Source of the DNA: Kiritimatiella glycovorans
GTDB lineage: Bacteria; Verrucomicrobiota; Kiritimatiellia; Kiritimatiellales; Kiritimatiellaceae
Length of the DNA: 32,000 bases
Direction: 5' to 3'
Assembly (NCBI RefSeq): GCF_001017655.1
Contig: NZ_CP010904.1
Location: 1,620,001 to 1,652,000 of the forward strand
Below the pieces are notes generated by a model. It was given only the letters and a program-made list of their open reading frames with translations, did no database searches and was not told the DNA's origin. Both the position numbers and the translations under genes were made by a program. Positions 24,130 through 32,000 of the stretch are shown here, piece after piece (the first letter of the stretch is position 1; each line of letters opens with the position of its first letter).

Positions 24130-24849
24130 ATGTATCTCATGAACATTCGATCGCAACCTGAATTGATTGTCGCGCTGGATGTACCGGAGCTTGACCGGGC
24201 GTGTGAGCTGGCGGACCGGCTTCCGGACGAGGTGACCTGGTGCAAAGTCGGGCTGGAGCTGTTCGGCGCCGACGGGCCGGCGGCAGTACGGGCCCTGAAG
24301 GAACGCGGGCGAAAGGTGTTTCTCGACCTGAAACTCCACGACATCCCTAGGACCGTGGGCCGCGCGGTGCGTTCTCTTGCGGCGACGGGTGCCGACATGA
24401 TGACCCTGCACGCCGGCGGGGGACGTGCCATGTGCGCGCAGGCGGCGGAAGCGGCCGCGTCCTGCGACCGCCCTCCTCTGCTGCTGGGGGTGACGGTGCT
24501 GACCAGTTTGAACCGTGAGGATCTCGGCGAGCTGGGGGTGGATCGCACCGTGGATGAGCAGGCGGGGTCGCTGGGGGATCTGGCGATCGAAGCGGGGCTG
24601 GACGGTCTGGTCTGCAGTGTCTGGGAAGCGGCGGCGCTCCGCGCGCGGCATCCCGCAGCCAGGCTGGTCACGCCGGGCATCCGGCTGCCCGACCAGGAGA
24701 CGGGCGATCAGAAACGCATCGCCACTCCCGCGCTGGCCGCCCGGGAAGGCGCGAGCCATATCGTGGTCGGCCGCCCGATCGTACAGGCCGAAGATCCGGC
24801 GGCGGCCGCGCAGACGATCCTGAACGAGTTGCGCAATCCGCCCGCTTAG
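24130..24849 (+). CDS. pyrF: Orotidine 5'-phosphate decarboxylase
   Basis: LIVALDVPELDRA...CKVGLELF...VFLDLKLHDIPRTV...HIVVGRPI carries the PyrF motifs. The start could be ATG 24130 or 24139. Confidence 0.9.
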   Translation: MYLMNIRSQPELIVALDVPELDRACELADRLPDEVTWCKVGLELFGADGPAAVRALKERGRKVFLDLKLHDIPRTVGRAVRSLAATGADMMTLHAGGGRAMCAQAAEAAASCDRPPLLLGVTVLTSLNREDLGELGVDRTVDEQAGSLGDLAIEAGLDGLVCSVWEAAALRARHPAARLVTPGIRLPDQETGDQKRIATPALAAREGASHIVVGRPIVQAEDPAAAAQTILNELRNPPA

Positions 24850-24863
24850 ATCCGGCCGCCCGT

Positions 24864-25460
24864 TCAGATCCGGCCCTTGCTGCTGGGAATCTCGCCGCCG
24901 TAGCGCGGGTCGGGTTCGCAGGCAGCGCGCAGGGCGCGCGCCACACCCTTGAAGACCGACTCGTAGGCGTGGTGGGGTTCCTTGCCGTAGAGCTGCTCGA
25001 TATGGAGGTTCATCCGCCCCTGAATGGTGAACGCCCGGAAGAACTCTTCGATCAGGCACAGGTTGAAGTCGCGGATTTTCTTCGTGCGGTTCGCCATGTG
25101 GTACACGAGGAAGGGTCGGCCGCCGAGGTCGACGGCGACGCGGCTCAGGGCGTCGTCCATCGGGAGCAGTGCGTCGCCGTAGCGGCGGATGCCGGCCCGG
25201 TCGCCCAGGGCCTTGTCGAGTGCCTCGCCCAGCACGAGTCCGATGTCCTCCACCTCGTGATGATAGTCCACCTCGATATCCCCGGTCGCCTTCAGGGTCA
25301 GATCGAGCCCCGAGTGCCGCCCGAACAGTTCGAGCATATGGTTCATGAAGGGGATGCCGGTTTCGATATCGAAAACGCCGGCGCCGTCGATGTTCAGCTC
25401 GACCCGTATGCGCGTCTCCCGGGTTTCACGCTCGAGCGTGGCGGTGCGTGCATCCATCAT
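24864..25460 (-). CDS. hisB: Imidazoleglycerol-phosphate dehydratase
   Basis: RETRETRIRVELNIDG...GIPFMNHMLELFGRHSGLDL...DYHHEVEDIGL...HHAYESVFKG is a canonical IGPD sequence. The start overlaps the gyrA stop as ATGA. Confidence 0.95.
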   Translation of the reverse strand: MMDARTATLERETRETRIRVELNIDGAGVFDIETGIPFMNHMLELFGRHSGLDLTLKATGDIEVDYHHEVEDIGLVLGEALDKALGDRAGIRRYGDALLPMDDALSRVAVDLGGRPFLVYHMANRTKKIRDFNLCLIEEFFRAFTIQGRMNLHIEQLYGKEPHHAYESVFKGVARALRAACEPDPRYGGEIPSSKGRI

Positions 25461-27967
25461 TCACCTTCTTCCCTCGGCGGTTCCGTTTCTTCCGGTTCCG
25501 CGCTTTGCTGTTCCGCGTCCGCTTCGTCCTCCCCTTCCGTCGCATCCTGAAGCAGGACGGCGGCGGAGACGAGGCGGTCGTCCTCATTCAGCCGGACGAG
25601 CCTCACCCCCTGCGTATTGCGGCCGATGCGGCTCACTTCGTTCACGGCGATGCAGACGAGCTGTCCGCTCTGCGTGATCAGCATCACGCCGTCCTCCTCG
25701 CGCACGGCGTGCGCCCCTACGACGTTCCCGTTGCGCTCCGTGAGGCGGATACCGATCAGCCCTTTTCCGCCGCGGCTCTGGCGACGGTACTCGTCGAACG
25801 ACGTCCGCTTGCCGTAACCCTGTTCCGTGACCGTAAGAAGGTCCGTTTCGGGGTCGACGATTTCGAGGCTGACCACTTCGTCGCCGGACGAGAGCGAGAT
25901 GCCGCGCACTCCGCGGGCCACGCGCCCCATCGGCCGCGCCTGGGCCTCGCTGAAGCGGATCGTCATTCCGCGGCGGGTCGTGAGCAGCACGTCGTCGCCT
26001 TCCCGGACCAGGCGCACGCCCACGAGGCGGTCGCCGTCTTCCACGTTGACGGCGCGGATGCCGACGGTACGGATATTGCGGTACGCGGAGAGCGGCGTTT
26101 TTTTGACGATGCCCTTCCGCGTGGCCATCAGCAGGCAGCAGTCGTCGGTAAACTCGCGTACGCAGTGGATGGACGCCAGGGATTCCTCTTCTTCCAGCTG
26201 GAGAAGGTTGGCGACGGACCGGCCGCGCGACTGGCGCGCCGCCTCCGGGATCTGCCAGGTCTTGAGGCGGTAGAGGCGCCCGGTTTCGGTGAAGCAGAGC
26301 ATGGTGTCGTGAAGCATGGCGGTCATCACGTGCTTGACCGCGTCCTCATCTTTGGTCGCCATGCCGCGTACGCCCTTGCCGCCGCGACGCTGCTGACGAT
26401 AGGTATCGACCGGCACGCGCTTGATGTAGTCGGCCCGGGAGAGCGTGACCACGCACGGGGCATCGGCGATGAGGTCCTCCATATCCATGTCGTCCTCGCC
26501 CGGCTGCAGTTCCGTGAGGCGGGGTCCGGCGTAGCGCTCCTTCATCTCGACCAGGTCGCCCTTGAGCACTTCCAGCATCTTGCGGCGGCTTTCGAGCAGG
26601 CTGCGCAGGTAGGCGATCCGTTCCTGCAGCTCGCCGTATTCCTCTTCCAGTTTTTCCCGTTCGAGGCCGGTGAGCTGGTAGAGCCGCATCTCCAGGATGG
26701 CCTTCGCCTGCGCCTCGCTGAACTCGAAGCGGGCGATAAGTTTCGATTCGGCCTCGTCGCGATTCCGCGATTCGCGGATCGTGCGGACCACCTCGTCCAG
26801 GTGATCGAGCGCCTTGAGCAGGCCTTCCACGATGTGGGCGCGGGCCTCGGCCTTCTCCAGCTCGTAGCGGGTGCGGCGGGTCAGGACCTCCAGCCGGTGG
26901 TCGACGAAGCACTGGAGCACTTCCTTCAGGTTCATAACGCGCGGGCGCCCGTGGTCGAGGGCGAGCATGATGGCGCCGAAGGTCGACTCCAGGGTGGTGT
27001 GGCGGTAGAGATTATTGAGCACGACCTTCGGCACGGCGCCGCGCTTGATTTCGACCACCACCCGGATGCCGCGCTTATCGGATTCGTCGCGGATGTCGGA
27101 GATGCCCTCGAGCTTCTTGTCGCGCACGAGCTGCGCCGCCTTGGTAATCAGCGCGGCCTTGTTCACGGCGTACGGGATCTCCGTGATAATAATGCGCGCC
27201 CTGCCCTTGTCGTCCTCCTCGATCTCGGCCCGCCCGCGCATCTTCATACGCCCGCGGCCCGTCTCGTAGAACGAGCGGATACCGGCGGCGCCTCGCACGA
27301 TCCCGGCCGTGGGGAAGTCGGGGCCTTTGACGAACTGGAGCAGCTCGGTGCAGGGGGTATCCGGGCGGTCGATCAGGTGAATGATACCGTCGACGATTTC
27401 TCCGAGGTTATGCGGAGGGATATTAGTGGCCATTCCGACCGCGATGCCGGTACTGCCGTTGAGCAGCAGGTTCGGCAGGCGCGCGGGCAGCACCACCGGC
27501 TCGGTGGTCGTTTCATCGAAGTTCGGCCGCGTATCGACCGTTTCCTTATCGATGTCGGCCAGCAGTTCCTCGGCGGCGGCGGTGAGCCGGCATTCCGTAT
27601 AGCGGTAGGCGGCGGCGTTATCCCCGTCGATCGACCCGAAGTTCCCCTGCCCGTCGATCAGCCCGCAGCGCATCGAGAAGTCCTGCGCCATCCGCACGAG
27701 CGTATCGTAGACGGCCATATCGCCGTGCGGGTGGTAATTCCCGATCGTTTCGCCGACCACTTTCGCGCATTTGACGTACGGCTTGGAGCTGCTCCACCCG
27801 CGTTCGCGCATGGCGTAGAGGATGCGGCGATGGCCCGGCTTGAGCCCGTCGCGCGCGTCCGGTAGCGCGCGGCCCACGATGACGCTCATCGAGTAGTCGA
27901 TGTAGGCGCGCTGCATTTCTTCTTCGAGATTGACGCGGTCAATCCTTTCCTGCCCGGGCTCGATCAT
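25457..27967 (-). CDS. gyrA: DNA gyrase subunit A
   Basis: [33 protein letters not shown]...GNYHPHGD and the following sequence identify GyrA. It has an acidic C-terminal tail. I chose the start at ATG 27967 (MIEPGQERI...), preceded by ACGGAG. Confidence 0.97.
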   Translation of the reverse strand: MIEPGQERIDRVNLEEEMQRAYIDYSMSVIVGRALPDARDGLKPGHRRILYAMRERGWSSSKPYVKCAKVVGETIGNYHPHGDMAVYDTLVRMAQDFSMRCGLIDGQGNFGSIDGDNAAAYRYTECRLTAAAEELLADIDKETVDTRPNFDETTTEPVVLPARLPNLLLNGSTGIAVGMATNIPPHNLGEIVDGIIHLIDRPDTPCTELLQFVKGPDFPTAGIVRGAAGIRSFYETGRGRMKMRGRAEIEEDDKGRARIIITEIPYAVNKAALITKAAQLVRDKKLEGISDIRDESDKRGIRVVVEIKRGAVPKVVLNNLYRHTTLESTFGAIMLALDHGRPRVMNLKEVLQCFVDHRLEVLTRRTRYELEKAEARAHIVEGLLKALDHLDEVVRTIRESRNRDEAESKLIARFEFSEAQAKAILEMRLYQLTGLEREKLEEEYGELQERIAYLRSLLESRRKMLEVLKGDLVEMKERYAGPRLTELQPGEDDMDMEDLIADAPCVVTLSRADYIKRVPVDTYRQQRRGGKGVRGMATKDEDAVKHVMTAMLHDTMLCFTETGRLYRLKTWQIPEAARQSRGRSVANLLQLEEEESLASIHCVREFTDDCCLLMATRKGIVKKTPLSAYRNIRTVGIRAVNVEDGDRLVGVRLVREGDDVLLTTRRGMTIRFSEAQARPMGRVARGVRGISLSSGDEVVSLEIVDPETDLLTVTEQGYGKRTSFDEYRRQSRGGKGLIGIRLTERNGNVVGAHAVREEDGVMLITQSGQLVCIAVNEVSRIGRNTQGVRLVRLNEDDRLVSAAVLLQDATEGEDEADAEQQSAEPEETEPPREEGE

Positions 27968-28031
27968 AGTCTCCGTTCCTTCCGCTCTGCCCTGTCCGCT
28001 GGACGGGCAGGTTCTCCTGAAATGCACTCGT

Positions 28032-30572
<2,541 letters not shown>

Positions 30573-30664
30573 TCAGCGGAATAACCGGAACGGGAACGGT
30601 CCCGCTGTGAATCCCCTTGAACCCCGCTCCCCGATGCGGTATGCGATGCATTCCCCCAGTAAAG

Positions 30665-30751
30665 GCCGGAGTGGCGGAATCGGTAGACGCACTGGACTCA
30701 AAATCCAGCGGTAGCAATACCGTGAGGGTTCAAATCCCTCCTCCGGCACCA
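30665..30751 (+). tRNA. tRNA-Leu (anticodon CAA), CCA encoded
   Basis: GCCGGAG...CTCCGGC forms the acceptor stem. The anticodon arm is CUGGA-CUCAAAA-UCCAG. It has a long variable arm and a T arm GAGGG-TTCAAAT-CCCTC. The sequence closely resembles the enterobacterial tRNA-Leu(CAA) as I recall it. Confidence 0.9.
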
Positions 30752-30917
30752 TTCGTCCCCAGGGGTCACGTCCCCCACAGGTAGAGCACGGGGGTTACGC
30801 CGCACGTTTAACACGTGTCAACGGCGCCGCGCGCCTCGGGTCACGATTTCGACGAGTCCTGCTGCCCTGCCGTACGGCAGGACGTTTCCACGATGATTTC
30901 TCCCCGCCTTCCCGCGC

Positions 30918-31423
30918 GGGGATGGGGATTCACCACAGAGATAACGGCCCTGACCCTGCTTCGCAGGCCTGCGGGCCTAATACGAGCGTAAGAGAGAACG
31001 CACGATCTCTTTGCCTTCGCTCTTCGCATTCATCTTTGCGATCCCGGCGCCTTGGCGAGAGACCTTTCTTGTGTTTTCGACCACGGATTACACCGATGAC
31101 ACGGATGGGATCTCGAAATCCGAATCGAAGTCGAAATCGGGATTCATAGAGATCGTAATTCGTACTCGAGTTCCTTGAACCGGGGGAGCGGGATCGCGCC
31201 TTCGGCGCTCCGAGTACGAGTACGAATTGTGTTCACCCCTTCATGCGATTCATGGCCTTCATGGTGAATCTCATTCTTTCCCCACGATCGCGATTCTACG
31301 CTCTCCCTGATCTTCCGCACCCCGCCCTTTCCCCCGAACGACTTTCCATAAAAATCCACGAAGAACCCAAAATATACGTAGAGTCCGCTTTTTGTGAAAA
31401 CTCGTCAGGGAAGAGGCGGGATG
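30918..31423. repeat. Composite GC-rich dispersed repeat, copy B (partner of 6379-6690), with extra internal insert/duplication
   Basis: It contains the same ordered blocks as copy A. The gatcgcgccttcggcg block is present twice (about 31040 and 31191), separated by a lower-GC insert. The terminal block gggaagaggcgggatg lies at 31408-31423. Confidence 0.6.
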
Positions 31424-31435
31424 CGGGCCATCATA

Positions 31436-31987
31436 TCATGATGCGTCTGCTTTGGTTGCGGTTACCCACAGGAACGTCTCGCCGCCTATCGCGCGGAAGG
31501 TAAGCTCGTTCACGACAAAGCCGATCTCCTGAAGTCGACGCTTCAGTTCCTCCGGCGTACGATGGCTGTAGAATAGCCGCTCGCCCATGAACTCCTTCCA
31601 CCCCGAAAACGTCTCCTCCCCCGTGTACTCCCGGGTCGCGTAAGTAAAAAGCAGCTTCCCGCCGGGCCGCAGCCAGTTGAAGATGTTCGCGAGCAGCGCG
31701 AACTGATCGTCGGCCGGAATATGAAACAGGCTGTAGACGCACGTCACCGCATCGAAGATCCCGTCGCCATACTTCAGCTTCCGCATATCCTCGCAAACGA
31801 GCTGCATTTCGGGCACGTAATTCCGTGCGAGGTCGAGCATTTCCGGGCAGCCATCCACTCCGCTCACTTCCCATCCGCGATCGACGAACCAGCGCGCGAA
31901 AGGTTCGCCGGCGCCGCACCCGAGGTCCAGCAGTGTACCGTGTCTCGTGTCCAGTCGGCGGTAGAAAGATTCCAGCACCTCCGTCAT
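31436..31987 (-). CDS. Class I SAM-dependent methyltransferase
   Basis: Motif I is LLDLGCGAGEP, followed by VSGVDGCPEML and FDAVTCVYSLFHIP. The protein is about 183 aa. Confidence 0.85.
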   Translation of the reverse strand: MTEVLESFYRRLDTRHGTLLDLGCGAGEPFARWFVDRGWEVSGVDGCPEMLDLARNYVPEMQLVCEDMRKLKYGDGIFDAVTCVYSLFHIPADDQFALLANIFNWLRPGGKLLFTYATREYTGEETFSGWKEFMGERLFYSHRTPEELKRRLQEIGFVVNELTFRAIGGETFLWVTATKADAS

Positions 31988-32000
31988 GTCGAATGCGCCG

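Noticed and set aside
24004-25059. A 351-aa minus-strand ORF overlapping pyrF.
   Set aside because: It is antisense to a clear pyrF and overlaps hisB out of frame. Its Arg/Pro/Gly-rich translation has no motifs.
30752-30917. Possible integrated element next to tRNA-Leu. tRNA genes are common att sites, and palindromes such as CCTGCCGTACGGCAGG occur at about 30866.
   Set aside because: There is no integrase, no direct repeat of the tRNA 3' end within the window, and the downstream content is only the dispersed repeat and a methyltransferase. The evidence is insufficient.

Overview
This is a high-GC bacterial chromosomal window. The many exported sulfatase, LamG and pseudopilin-like proteins suggest a PVC-group organism such as Kiritimatiellota or Verrucomicrobiota, but that is inference only. 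Most of the content is housekeeping genes on both strands: a giant GspK-like pseudopilin translationally coupled to a formylglycine sulfatase; rpmI-rplT; an apgM / DEAD-box helicase / SGNH hydrolase operon; a Zn-ribbon-EIIA(Ntr) fusion; an EndoIII-related protein; era; an amtB-glnK-porin-porin cluster with a sigma-54 promoter; a Memo-AMMECR1 fusion; a 1182-aa LamG/glycosidase-like exoprotein; pyrF; gyrB-gyrA-hisB; tRNA-Leu(CAA); and a SAM methyltransferase. The accessory content is one IS4-family insertion sequence, two near-identical 143/144-bp MITE copies with 9-bp target duplications (one splits an antitoxin gene), a decayed PIN/antitoxin cassette bracketed by a perfect 39-bp direct repeat, a tandem array of six ~129-bp hairpin-module units, and two copies of a composite GC-rich dispersed repeat. 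I found no convincing new multi-gene protein system, and there are no defence-island hallmarks. The least explained signal is non-coding: a hairpin module, GGWCGGS-GTGGCA-SCCGWCC-CTCC, is shared by the MITE and the tandem array and shows compensatory stem substitutions. Long ORFs antisense to the large genes are treated as GC-bias artefacts. All calls come from reading the sequence and recalling family motifs; no database search was possible.
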